The notes beneath the pieces were generated by a model. It saw only the letters and a list, made by a program, of their open reading frames with translations. It was not told the origin of the DNA and searched no databases. Position numbers and translations under genes: made by a program. From NCBI GenBank assembly GCA_012295275.1, contig CM022674.1, positions 4,774,001 through 4,838,000 on the forward strand: a stretch of DNA of 64,000 nt, given 5' to 3'. The stretch is from Chrysomallon squamiferum. Taxonomy: Eukaryota; Animalia; Mollusca. Positions 13,581-26,495 of this stretch are shown here, piece by piece; the stretch's first letter is position 1, and each line of letters opens with the position of its first letter.

Positions 13581-14184
13581 ATTTTAGATTTTTCTCTCCC
13601 TTCTGTTAATATTCTTCGCTAAAAATTGCCAGTTCTGTGACCGAACCGTTCTTTATTATTTTTCGTCGTAATGTTGTACATTTTTCGCTCGATTGTTCAA
13701 TCTTGTGGATGCTTGAACTCGTAAAGAAGGACATATATAAAAAGGACAGTGTGATAGATTGGCTTTTCTGAAGCATCTTTCTTGTTCTCTGTTATAGCAG
13801 TTCGTTGTTTTGTCTTGCTGATGTCGGTGTTTATATGAGTTTAATTTATTTTATTATCTTGTCAGGCTGCGTTTACTTCTTTTTTTTAAAATTATTTTTC
13901 CTGTTCCCGTTATTAGGGAATAAAACAATAAATTTTAAAGTGAATGATGTTAAGTAAATTTTACTATCTCTGTTTTTCTCTCACTCCCTTTTCTGATCTG
14001 TTTCCATCTTTCTATATATATAAATATATCAACCTGTCTGGATATCTGTCCCTCTGTTTGTTTGTCTACCCAACTATCTATTTATTCCTGTCTGTTATAC
14101 TGTCTGTCTAGTTGTTGAACCTTCCATGATATATATATATATATATATATATTTATTTATTTGTTTTTATTTTTTAATTTTATT

Positions 14185-14236
<52 letters not shown>

Positions 14237-14746
14237 AAGAGAAACAAGATAAAACAGTTTAACAAAAATGATTTAGAAAATGAACCATCAAATAAAACTT
14301 CTGTTGGAACATTCACATCATTATCCTAACCATCATATTACGTCATGCATATTTTCTATTTTTCAAACATCATATATATTCATATTCTTAATTTTTATAC
14401 TTTTTTTATTTATGTATTTATTTATTTATTTTATTTATTTAATTTTTAATTTTAATTTTTTTTATTTATTTTTTGTCGCTTTTCTCTATAATTGAACACA
14501 TTTGGACTTGAAAGATGCGTGACAATATCCACTGACAAATTTACCCAACGATAAAACTGTCGTAAAAAAGAAAGCTCATGACAAAGGAAGATATAATAAA
14601 AACGTGTGTGACCCGTCACAACGAAATGTGCATACAACTGGCTTTGGGAATTACATTTATGTAGTGTTTGTTTGTGTCGATGTTGTTTTTATTTTGTTCG
14701 TTTATTTGTTTGTTTGTTAGTTTGTTTTGTTGTTTTTCTTTATTTA

Positions 14747-14806
<60 letters not shown>

Positions 14807-15297
14807 TTTTGTTTTTGTCCTTTTATTTCTTAATTTTCTTCTTTTTTTTTTTTCATTTCGATATTATTTTAATTAAATTCCTTTATTCACAATTTAGATT
14901 ACTACTGTCATTACAATTCATTTATTATAAACATCATCATAATCATCATAACAACAACAAATGACGAAATTAAGAAACGCAAACGCAACTAATTTCAAAC
15001 TGAAATCGCTGACCTTATGGTCCTTTTCGTTGACACGGGTCACGGATTGGCTGTGACGGTTGTCGCTGTTTTACGGCTAACTTGACCGGTGCGTGACAAC
15101 GAAGACAAAAACAGATCCAGAAAAACGAGTCGTTTTTGTAGCAAACTCTATTGATTGATCGAGCTGGAGAAGGGAATAATTCTGACAGAGTTCTAAAAGA
15201 TACGATTTGAAAGACGTGTTTATTGCCAGGGAGGTTTCGCCAATGACAGCTCGTATGCATAAGACCCGCATTGCACCGTCTAAAGGTTTGTGAAAGG

Positions 15298-15332
<35 letters not shown>

Positions 15333-15552
15333 CGACGATGATGATGAGAATTATGAGGATGATGGTTATCATAATGCTGATGGTGATGAAGAAGAAGATG
15401 ATCATGATGATAACGATGAAGGCGTGTTTATGAAGATGATATTTGAACGATATTGATGTTACTGATGATGATGATGCTGATGACAGCATATATATATATA
15501 TATATATATTATCATCATCATCATCACCATTATTAGTATTATTATTATTATT

Positions 15553-15584
15553 ATCAAAAGCACACACAAAAACATATGTACACC

Positions 15585-15625
<41 letters not shown>

Positions 15626-15673
15626 TGATGATGATGACAGAATATATATATATCATCATCATCATCATCATCA

Positions 15674-15721
<48 letters not shown>

Positions 15722-15752
15722 GTGTACATATGTGTTTATGTGTGCTTTTGAT
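15553..15752. repeat. 200 bp fold-back (long inverted repeat)
   Basis: The 33 bp unique arms at 15553-15585 and 15720-15752 are reverse complements with 2 mismatches. The inner (AAT)n(GAT)n pairs with (ATC)n(ATT)n. Confidence 0.9.
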
Positions 15753-16319
15753 CGAAAACAGAGTAGTTATATCTCAAATGCGGATGTTAGCATAATCTAT
15801 TGTGTAACCATGTTAAATATAAACTAGCTGAACAAATATAAATATATATTGCAGCATGCAGATATATTAATATTTATGTCAAAACAAAAAGAAAAAGAAA
15901 GAAAAACAGCAAAACAGGGAGAAGTATGAAAAGTTAGATAAGATATAGAAATAGAAACACAGGCAGCTATGAAGGTAGAGAGAGAGAGAGAAAGAAAGAC
16001 AGATAGACAGAAAGAAAGAGGTTAACGAGAAATCTTAAAACGTAGTTCTCTAGTTACTGTCTTACAACAGCAAGTCCTTATTACGAGGCGATCCCAGATC
16101 CTCTGGAGTCTGAGTCAAGAAATACAGTGTACAACACAACAATGATTTATTTTATCTACGTCACACTTTCAAATGCAACTTAAACTGTACCGTTAATGAT
16201 ACGAAGATTTCTAAATAGTTCTAAATGTACTTTTGCCTCCAACCTTAATTAATAGCGAAGAATTTTACAACAAAAGAATACAGTTTAACAATATCTGGGC
16301 TCCACTGTTTTGTCTGCAG

Positions 16320-16443
16320 TTGTGACGTCATCGCGTACAGGCGATGGGGGGGGGTTGCCGACATACCGAAGTGTATTTTTCACGGATGAGACAAAACAGA
16401 GTTAATCAGCTGTTAGTCCGTCATGTACGCGATGACGTCACAA
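16320..16443. mobile_element. 124 bp element with perfect 20 bp terminal inverted repeats (MITE-like)
   Basis: TTGTGACGTCATCGCGTACA (16320-16339) and TGTACGCGATGACGTCACAA (16424-16443). The inverted repeat is certain. The MITE label is inference, and I see no target-site duplication. Confidence 0.5.
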
Positions 16444-16954
16444 ATCGGTGTTCAGATGTTCAGTAAATAGTATTACGTAGTTGTTATATACTTCATTATC
16501 CACAGGATACGTCGCCAAAAACAATAAAATAATAACTCGAAAGTATAAAGATATATATTTTTTTTCTTTTATACCGTTCATTCGTACCTTCACGGGATAC
16601 ACGTTAAGGTTTTTGGGGTTTTTTTTTTTGTTGTTGTTGTTTTTGTTTTTATTTTTTTTTTTTTTTTTTTTTTTGACGCTGGCCAGGGAAGATCTTTTTA
16701 CCTTACAGAGTTTAGAAGTTAAGGCTTAATCGCTGAAATCTTTTCGCTCGAGAAGCTCGGCATTGACGGTGAACAATGACGACGTAATCAGTATTGACGT
16801 AAACACCATACTGTGTGTGGTAATGGTCTGTTAATAATACTGATTGACCACAAATGTTACATAGTCCGTTTAATGCACTTACCGGGAGTCAGTACTAACG
16901 TGTAGATTATTATGTTAAATATTACTATGATGATGATAATGATAATAATAATAA

Positions 16955-16985
<31 letters not shown>

Positions 16986-17257
16986 AAAGAAAGAAAGAAA
17001 GAAAGAAAAAGAAAGAATAAAGAATACAAAAAAAAAAAACACGGAGAAAAATAGAACGTTAGAAACTTATATCGATCTGACAGTCGAATTTATTTATTTA
17101 TTTTTGTTTATTTATTTATATGTTTGTTTGTTTGTTGTTGTTGTTGTTTTCGTTTGTTATTTTTTGTTGTTGTTGTTTCCTTTGCTTGTTTTATTATTTA
17201 GTTATCTGTAGCCATAGTAGTTCATTGTTGTAGTTGTGATAGGGGGTTATAATAAAA

Positions 17258-17295
<38 letters not shown>

Positions 17296-17535
17296 ACAGC
17301 AGCAGCAGTAGCAGCAGCAGTGGTAACAGCAGCAGCAATAAGAATAGTAGGGGAACAGAAGCAATAATAGTAGTAGTATTAATAATAGTCATATTAGTAG
17401 TAGTGCAGTAATAGTAGTAGTATTAATAATAGTCATATTAGTAGTAGTGGTAATAGTAGTAGCGGTACTAGAAGTAGTAGTGTTAATAATAGTAGTAGTA
17501 GTAGTTGTTGTTGTTGTTGTTATTGTTGTTGTTTT
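17258..17535. repeat. (TAG)n/(CAG)n/(TTG)n compound tract with an internal 44 bp-period duplication
   Basis: AATAGTAGTAGTATTAATAATAGTCATATTAGTAGTAGTG occurs at about 17366 and 17410. Confidence 0.85.
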
Positions 17536-19193
17536 AGTATTATACTCTTTTTATTTTTATTGATGACTGCTTTGGTTGTTATTTTGTTTCATTTTATGTC
17601 AGTTTTTGCTGTTATTTATTTCTTTATTTGTTTTTGTGGGTTTTTTTGGTTTATTTCTTCATTTCTTTCTTTCTTATTTAATCTTTGTTGTGTATGCGCC
17701 AGATTGCGCATGCATGGCTCGTAATGCCTAAATTGTTTACCTTAAATCAAGGTTAACCTTGAATGCATATTAGAAAAACACCGATAACATATTGGCGTAA
17801 TTTATTCTACTCAAAAATACATCTAAAATTTCCTAATAACAATTAACTGTTTTTCTTATCTAAACGCAACAGATGTTTGAATCACAATAAAAGTCAGCAA
17901 ATACCGAAAAAAAAAAAAAAAAAAAAAAAAAATAAATAAATAAATAAATAAACCAAATCCAAAAAAAAAAAAAAATAATCATAATAATAATAATAGGAAA
18001 TAATAGGAAAGAAAAGCAGAGATTTAAGATTAAAAATAACAATGACCATTAATATAAACAGCAGATGTTGAAACGAAACACGCTGGACGTCAAACCTGTT
18101 ACCGGGCGTTACCTAAAACCGGAATATTATTTTGTTTTGTTTGTTTTTGTTTTTTTTGTTTCTGTTCTTGTCCTTTTAAATGATTTTTTCTTTTCTTTTC
18201 ATTCTTCTTTCCACGTTTTCTTTCTTTCTTCCTTGTTTTATTTTTTTTATTTATTTATTTATTTTTTTTGTCCTTCTTCATCTTTTGCTAAGTACATTTT
18301 TTTTTTTTTTTTTCTCGTCTACCGAAGCGACAAAAAGCCAAATTTTACGAGAAAAAAAATAAACGACCAAGTTGGTCCAGCAGACAAAAACACTGAATAA
18401 TAGATAAGTCAAAGCGTCTTTTATTCAGGATCGAATCCTGCAATTTTCAAGATGAAAGGTGCTTGTTCTTGTAGAAGAAAACAAATGATACCGATCAGTT
18501 AAACTCAGGAATGGAGAGAGAAAGCGTACGATCGCTCGTTCTCCCCACTAAACACTCGTAACTTACGTGTGATCGTAACAGAACAATGTAGGCGGATACT
18601 GGCTGCACTATGTCAACTTAGTAATACGCTTCCAGGTGAAAGGTGACGTGGGGAACATATAAATGGACAAAAGACATATATATTATTTTTCATAACAGAT
18701 AATTTGTAATGAAAATAATAATCCAAAGACTTGTCAAGAAACGGTTTCAATACTAGAAGATAGAGATATTAACTGTTGATTAATTAAATTAACAAATGAA
18801 ATATATCGTCTCGATTACTAATATTTCAAGGACAGAGACAGACAAGTAGGAGAGAGACAGACAGAGAGAGACAGAGACAGAAAGAAAGAGTGAGGGGTGA
18901 TGGCAGAGAAAGAAAAAAAAAGAAAATAGAAAGAGAGAGAGACAGAAACAAGAGAGAGAGAGAGACAGACAGAAAGAAGGAGACAGAGACAGAGAGAGAG
19001 TGAAAAAGAAAGAGAGACAGACAGACAGACAGAGGGTGGCAGAGAGAAAGAGTAACGAACGAGAGGAAAGAAATGATCTAATATATTACACGTCCTGATA
19101 AAAAAAAAAAAAAACACTTTAAAACAGACAAAACCCTTTCTGATACAAAAACATGCTGACAGGCGGTCAAGTAGTAAATACTAAAAACGTTTT

Positions 19194-19508
19194 CAAATTC
19201 TAACCAGATGTCTCTTTTCAATTCCACACAGAAAAAAACTTCCAAAAGTTGGTTTTGGCAATATAACGATTTAAAAAAAATAAAAATAAAAATAAAATAA
19301 AAGAATAATTAGAGAAATAAATAAAACTAATAAACATCAATAATATATTTCGCAATTTGGCGATAAAAACAAAAAGAAAGAAAGAAAGAAAGAAAGAAGA
19401 GAAAAGAAAGGAAAGCAATAAACAAGAAAAATTAGTTTAGCGACTTGGCAAAGAACAGACGTCAGCGATGAGGATGATCTGAGATTTGCAACATTTATTT
19501 AGTACGTG
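19194..19508 (+). repeat. Old local duplication, copy 1 (partner 21211-21425)
   Basis: CAAATTCTAA.CA.ATGTCTCTT.TCAATT..ACACAGA.AAAACTT and ATCTGA.ATTTG.AA.AT..TATTTAGTACGTG anchors occur in the same order. Confidence 0.75.
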
Positions 19509-19576
19509 TTGCATTTCTCATAATAGCTACTGAGGGCCGTGTTGTTTATTTTATAATTTATTTATTTTATTTTATT

Positions 19577-19629
<53 letters not shown>

Positions 19630-19679
19630 TTTTTTTTTTTTTTTGTTGATGTTATTGTTGTTTTCTTGGCACTTTTTGT

Positions 19680-19712
<33 letters not shown>

Positions 19713-19736
19713 TTGGCAAAGTTTTTTGTTTGTTTA

Positions 19737-19827
<91 letters not shown>

Positions 19828-20711
19828 TTTAGATCATTTGTTTTCGTTTCTGTTTTATTCTTCTTTTTTTATTTGGTTTCTTGGAGAGTTTGAAAGGGAG
19901 CTTGGGCAAGTTCTAGACGATACCTGCTTGCAATATTTTATATATTTATATATAATTAACATTATTATTTATCTTCATCATCATTATCACCAAGACCACC
20001 ACTACCACCACCACTATCATCATCATCATCATCATCATCATTATACTGTTGTTGTTGCTGTTGTCGTTGTTACTGTTGCTGCTGCTGATGTTCTTGTTGT
20101 TGTTGTTGTCGTCATCATCATTATTATTGTTATTATACTGTTGTTGTTGCTGCTGTCGTTCTTACTGCTGCTGCTGTTGTTCTAGTTGTTCTTGTTATTG
20201 TCATCGCCATCTTTACACAGGTTCACGGTCTCAAAAGTAAAAATAACGTAAAACGTGAAAAATTGTCGTTAGACACTTTTCGGTCGACCCGAATCGAAAT
20301 GAACCGACATGGAGCGCCCGGTTTCTAAATTATCCGCAGACATTTTGATTTGCGGTGAGATGGTCGCGACGATAATAATAATAAAGTTGACGAAGCAGAA
20401 AACACGGACAGTAATAACAGATTACAGTGAGCATGGGGTTCACGTAGCCGCAGTGTCAACATGTGTATCACGGTCGTATGTATTACCGATGGTCATCCGT
20501 TATCGTGTTCTTATTAAATGCGATAAGGCCATCAATTTAGTGCTTGCAGAAATTAGATTTCAGCGCCAATGTGCTGGGTTTTCATTTCTGTCTGTGATTT
20601 ATATTCAAAACAAAAAAACTAATCAGCGACTAATAATCTGCAGCATATGCTCGTGGGAAATTTCCATTCATGACCAAATGGATGTGTTTAATGTGTCTTC
20701 TTGTGGTCGTG

Positions 20712-20796
<85 letters not shown>

Positions 20797-21210
20797 TTTC
20801 TTCCATGCAGTATTTCTCTGTTGCTGTCTTTTACTATTTATCTATTTCCATCATGTTTACCGTTGTCATTATCACCATCATTATTATTATTATTATTATT
20901 ATTAATTCTTCTTTTAAATTTATGTTTTCTTTATTTATGATGTTTCTTTCTTTTCTTTCTGTATTATTATTATTATTATCATTGTTATTATTATTATCAT
21001 TATTATTATTACTACTACTACTACTACTGTTATTATTATTACTATTATTACTATTTACGCTATTCTGTTTTCATGATTATTTCCTCACCTAGTCACTCGT
21101 CTGTTCAAACACGTGTTTCTACGGTTCGCCCTATATAATTTAATTTGCCACCACTTGTAATTGACTTAAACACAATTTAGAACTCGGTTCTCACCCACTA
21201 ATACTGTTAC

Positions 21211-21301
21211 CAAATTCTAATCAAATGTCTCTTCTCAATTCTACACAGATAAAACTTTGAAATGTTCGTTTGACAGTTTGGGGATCAGAAAAACAAACGA
21301 T

Positions 21302-21341
<40 letters not shown>

Positions 21342-21425
21342 TGTTAATGTAGCAGTTTGCTGACGATAATAACAAATGATAGTGGAAAGTATAATCTGAA
21401 ATTTGTAAATATTATTTAGTACGTG
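21211..21425 (+). repeat. Old local duplication, copy 2 (partner 19194-19508)
   Basis: Same two diverged anchors with different simple-sequence filler. Confidence 0.75.
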
Positions 21426-21550
21426 AAGCCTTTATTATAACAGGTTTTTTTGTTTGTTTCGTTTTTTTTTCTTTATTTGGTTTTCTCTCTGTTTGGGTTT
21501 CGATATTATTTTTGTTTTCTTTCATATTTTTTTATATTTTCTCTTTTTCT

Positions 21551-21660
<110 letters not shown>

Positions 21661-22630
21661 GATGTTCTTCCATCCTTGGCTAGCTGTTGTCTAGAGAGAT
21701 CAAGCTTGAAAACACATTTATGGTCAAATAATTCAGAAACTTGGGTTTACTCGCTTGAAAATATTTGAAACGATCATACTGTCTGACCTTTTTTTTTTCT
21801 TTTTTTTTTTTTTTTTGAGATGATGTAGAACTATGGGAGATATTCCAACTTCCTTACAGCTACAAACATTTTTTATGGTTCTAACTTCAGCTGTACATAA
21901 TAGTTTATAAACCACAAACCTTGTCGAATTCGTAGATCAACCACATATGAGTACTGACATATCACACAACCATACAACCATACAAAACATTATTTATTTT
22001 CTTACTTCAAACGATGTTAACCATTTATTGAAAATCCCCAAAACCTCAAATCTTTTTCATATTCGTACGTCGTTCAACCAGTCTTAATCATTTCTGTAAA
22101 CAAAACAACAATATGCATATTCTACATTTTAAGCTTTTTGTCGTTCAAGGGCATATTTAGATTGTTCTATTAAACCGAACAACTTCCGGCCTTTTCCGCT
22201 GTTTCGGTATTTCGTTAAGCCGATGTGTGGCGGAAGTGGACGAGGATCAACGAGGATTAACGATCTGGTTACTTAAGTCTGATTGTGTTCACCTCGGGCT
22301 GTTTCATACAACATCCCATTAAACTGACCTTGTTATGTCCAACGACGGAGAAAGGCCAATACGCCGCCTAAACGGAAAATGCCGAAAACAAACGAAATTA
22401 TGTTAGAACGGATATTGATGTTTATCACGGTCGAAATAGAGTAGGCAAATGCAGTTTGTAATTTGTGTTATTATAATGTCAAGGATATATGCTTTTATTT
22501 ATATTTATTTTTATTTTTAATATTATTTTTTTATATATATACTGGTGAGCAATCACGCACAAACATAGATTTAAAACTCGAAAGCTTATCCAATCAGAGA
22601 GAGGGCCAGATAGTAAAAGACATTTACTGT

Positions 22631-23238
22631 CAGGTAAATAGGTGACTAGACATAAGTAGGTGACTAGACGGGTAAGTAGGTGACTAGATAGGTAAGTAGG
22701 TAACTAGATTTGTAAGTAGGGTGACTAAATAGATAAGTAGGTGACTAGATTTGTAAGTAAGTGACTAGATAAGTAAGTAGATGACTAGATTGGTAAGTAG
22801 GTGACTAGATTTGTAAGTAGGGTGATTTGATAGATAAGTAGGTGACTAGACAGGTAAGTAGGTGACTAGACAGGTAAGTAGGTGACTAGACAGGTAAGTA
22901 GGTGACTAGACAGGTAAGTAGGTGACTAGATAGATAAGAAGGTGACTAGATAGGTAAGTAGGTGACTAGATTTGTAAATAAGTGACTAGATAAGTAAGTA
23001 GATGACTATATTGGTAAGTAGGTGACTAGATTTGTAAGTAGGGTGATTTGATAGATAAGTAGGTGACTAGATAGGTAATAGGTGACTAGACAGGTAAGTA
23101 GGTGACTAGACAGGTAAGTAGGTGACTAGATTTATAAGAAGGTGACTAGATAGGTAAGTAGGTGACTAGATTTGTAAGTAAGTGACTAGATAAGTAGGTG
23201 ACTAGATAGGTTTGTAGGTGACTAGATAAGCAAGTAGG
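22631..23238. repeat. 20 bp minisatellite (AGGTGACTAGACAGGTAAGT), about 30 units, with higher-order block
   Basis: 25 exact TGACTAGA cores. The variant series at 22741-22850 recurs 221 bp later. Confidence 0.97.
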
Positions 23239-24611
23239 TTGATAGGAGAATGTAGCTGATTATCATAAAGTGTGTATTTCTTGTTGTTTTTGTTGTTTTT
23301 TGTATTTTATTTTATCTTATTTTATTTTATTATTTTATTATTATTTTATTTTATTTTATTTTTGTTTGGGTTTTTTATGAATAACATAATAATATTGACG
23401 AAATCCCGTGATGCTAAGTACTTTTCCGAGATAAATGTATGCAACCGGCGAAATACTAGTGTTTATTTCTAAGTGCATGTAAATTAAGATGTATAGCAAC
23501 GATATCTATATACGACAGCTTGCTGCTGTTGTTGTTTGTTGTGGATTTTTTGGGAGGTATTGATTATTTTTTTTTTTTTGTTAGTGTTGTTTTTTATAGT
23601 GCTGTTGGGTGGGTTTTTTTTTTTCTCTCATTATCTTTCTTGGTTTTTTTATTTTTATTTTTATTTTTATTTTCTTTTATTGATTTTTTTTTTTCGATTT
23701 TTTGATTTTTTTCTTTGTTGTTGCTGTTTGTAGTGGTGTTGGTTTTTTTTCTCTTTTTCTTATTTATTTATTTATTGATATTATTTTTTGGTCCGTTTTG
23801 CTGAGACACTCTCATACATCTACGACACCCAGTTTGTATCAACCTATCTACTGTTTCGTCCTCCTGGGAAAACTCGCGTCTCTGTTGAATGTTTTAACTT
23901 GTTTTCACGTCAACAGCGCCTCACAACGAATTAAAAAAACAAAACAAAAAAAAAAACCAGCGGGGGAAGGGAGAGAAAAAATCTACCACTGAATGAAACA
24001 AATGAACGAAGAATGGACAAATGAAGGAATAAACGAAGAAGGAGGAAAGACGGAATTGAAGGGAAAAAAAGCAAAAAAATGAGGAGAGCAACAGACGATC
24101 AAATGAAAGAAGAAATAAAAATGTATTAATAATACATGAATGAAAGAGGAAAGGAAAATGGCTGATAATGAAAGCAAACAATTAGGAAAGAAAGAAGAAA
24201 TAATACAGAAAAGTAAAAAAAAAAATGAAGAGAAAGAAGGAAGGATAATGCAAAAAGGAAGAAAAAGGAAAAGACAAAGAAAGAAAATAGTAAGGATGAA
24301 TCATCGACATCATCATCATCATTATCATCATCATCATTATTATTATTATTATTGTTGTTGTTGTTGTTGTTGTTGTTGTTATTATTATTATTATTATTAT
24401 TATTGTTGTTGCTATTATTATTATTATTGTTATTATTATTATTGTTATTGTTACTATTATTATTATTATTATTATTATTATAAAGAAAACTTGACTGCGC
24501 TGACAGCAAAAAAATTAAAACTATGTTGCTATACAAACCTATATTTTTCTTATTTTCTTAACTTCACCATCTTAGAAAACACTCAGTGACGCCTTCCTGA
24601 AATACCTTAAG

Positions 24612-25053
24612 ACGCCACTGGGCATTCGTTATGAGTAATTGCCATTGAGTATTCGTTATGAGCAATCGCCACTGAGCATTCGTTATGAGTATTCGCCTCT
24701 GAGTATTCGTTATGAGTATTCGCCATTGAGTATTCGCCAGTGAGTATTCGTTACGAGCATTCGCCACTGAGTATTCGTTATGAGCAATCGCCACTGAGTA
24801 TTCGCCAGTGAGTATTCGTTACGAGCATTCGCCATTGAGTATTCGCCAGTGAGTATTCGTTATGAGTATTCGCCATTGAGTATTCGCCAGTGAGTATTCG
24901 TTACGAGCATTCGCCACTGAGTATTCGTTACGAGCATTCGCCTCTGAGTATTCGTTACGAGCATTCGCCGCTGAGTATTCGTTATGAGTATTCGCCAGTG
25001 AATATTCGTTATGAGCATTCGCCACTGAGTACTCGTTACGAGTATTCGCCACT
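24612..25053. repeat. 13/14 bp subunit minisatellite (GAGTATTCGTTAY / GAGYATTCGCCANT) forming 27 and 41 bp units
   Basis: About 32 subunits and 18 exact TGAGTATT. There are no unique spacers. Confidence 0.97.
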
Positions 25054-26179
25054 TGTTATTTGTACACACAGTGATGTCCCTTGTTTCAAATAAAGTAACA
25101 ACACTTCTAACACGTATGTACGCAGCTACTTGACTCTGAATGACTCGACAGGCTCGCTTCCGTTGGAATGGTTGAAGGCTAAGTTAGAGAATAGTTGAGC
25201 AATTAACTAGGCACTGCGGAATTAGTTTCTGAGTAGCGAGTGTGTTTTGAGGTAGTTACTGGGTTTTTTTTGTTGTTGTTGTTGTTGTTTTTATTTATGA
25301 GAACTGCAGAACCAAATATTTGCAGCTGTCAAAAATAGCAAGATAAATTACGGTATATTAAGATTAAAATTAAAATTTAAATTTAAATTTAATATATAAA
25401 CAATAAAAAAATATATAAATAAATAAAAAGAAAACGGTTAAGATTATAACTAAAATAAATAGAAAAAAAAAAGAAAAAAAAAATGTCAAAGGAAAGAATA
25501 TAAAATATATAAAACCTTATGATAATTTTCATCGTAACGGGTCACAGAAATGTAACATGACCGTATTCTATTAAAGCGTTTGCGAGAGACAGAGAGTTCG
25601 AGTTCAAGATTTAACCGGAAGTTAATGCTGCTTAGCGGAAGTTCGATACATCAGGAGTCAGGAGCCACGGAGGAATGCAAATGAAGAGGAAATTGTCAGC
25701 AATCGTTAAAGTTAAACAGCGCACTGTCTTGTGGCATCTTTCAAATCGGTTAATGAGGTCAGCGTGAATAATTAATAAGGCGACTAAGCGAGTACATTAA
25801 TTAAGTAATTAAATGTGGCCACATAATGGAGGAGGACGAGTTGAATAAATGAATACATTTATTTATCGGTCAGTTGGTTTATGAATAATAGATGAATGAT
25901 CGAACGTCATGAAGAACTAATGAATTTATTCACGAACGAAAGAAAGAACGAAGGAAGGAACGAATGAGTGAATGAATATAATTAAACTTCTCTTCTGAAT
26001 ATTGTAATAATGCTGCATAACACACAAAGAAAATCGATTGAGTGTTAAGTGAAAAAGAAAACCGAAACAGGAGACAGATAAATGGAATGAAAGATGGTAG
26101 AAAAGAAGAAAAAAAGAAAGAAATATAGAAATATAAAACGGAATGGTGGGGAAAAAAAATGTACTTATTAAACCTTTTT

Positions 26180-26495
26180 AATCATGTATTTTTTTTTTTT
26201 TTTTTTTATGACGAAATCAGCTCCTGAAAACGTTTCTGATCAGTTATTATATATCAAGATACTCAAAACATTTTTAATCTATGGTTTTATGTCGTCATGA
26301 ACACATTAAAAACGTTTTTAAACGGTTATCACATGACTTCAACAGGACACTCAAAAAGTTATAAATCTGTTATTACACGAGTCTTATTACACAAGTTATT
26401 ATACATGCAACCTCTTTTTAATCCTTGGTTACGTGACGTCATCTACGCACTCAGCATATTTTTTTAATCTATGGTTATATGACGTCATACACATG
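26180..26495. repeat. Degenerate ~46 bp minisatellite with CRE core
   Basis: TTTTAATCTATGGTT.TATG.CGTCAT at about 26272, 26416 and 26462. TGACGTCA at 26434 and 26480. Confidence 0.65.

Noticed and set aside
13734-13745. TATATAAAAAGG TATA-box match
   Set aside because: Such matches are common in AT-rich DNA, and I see no initiator or exon evidence downstream.
15271-15456. Acidic Asp/Glu-rich ORF
   Set aside because: It derives from degenerate (GAT)n, has a non-ATG start and lacks supporting splice sites.
17747-17762. Perfect 16 bp palindrome TCAAGGTTAACCTTGA
   Set aside because: An 8 bp-arm palindrome is expected about once or more in 64 kb of AT-rich DNA.
22631-25053. CRISPR-like appearance of the 20 bp and 27 bp arrays
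   Set aside because: The units are head-to-tail with no unique spacers, there are no cas genes, and the context is eukaryotic.
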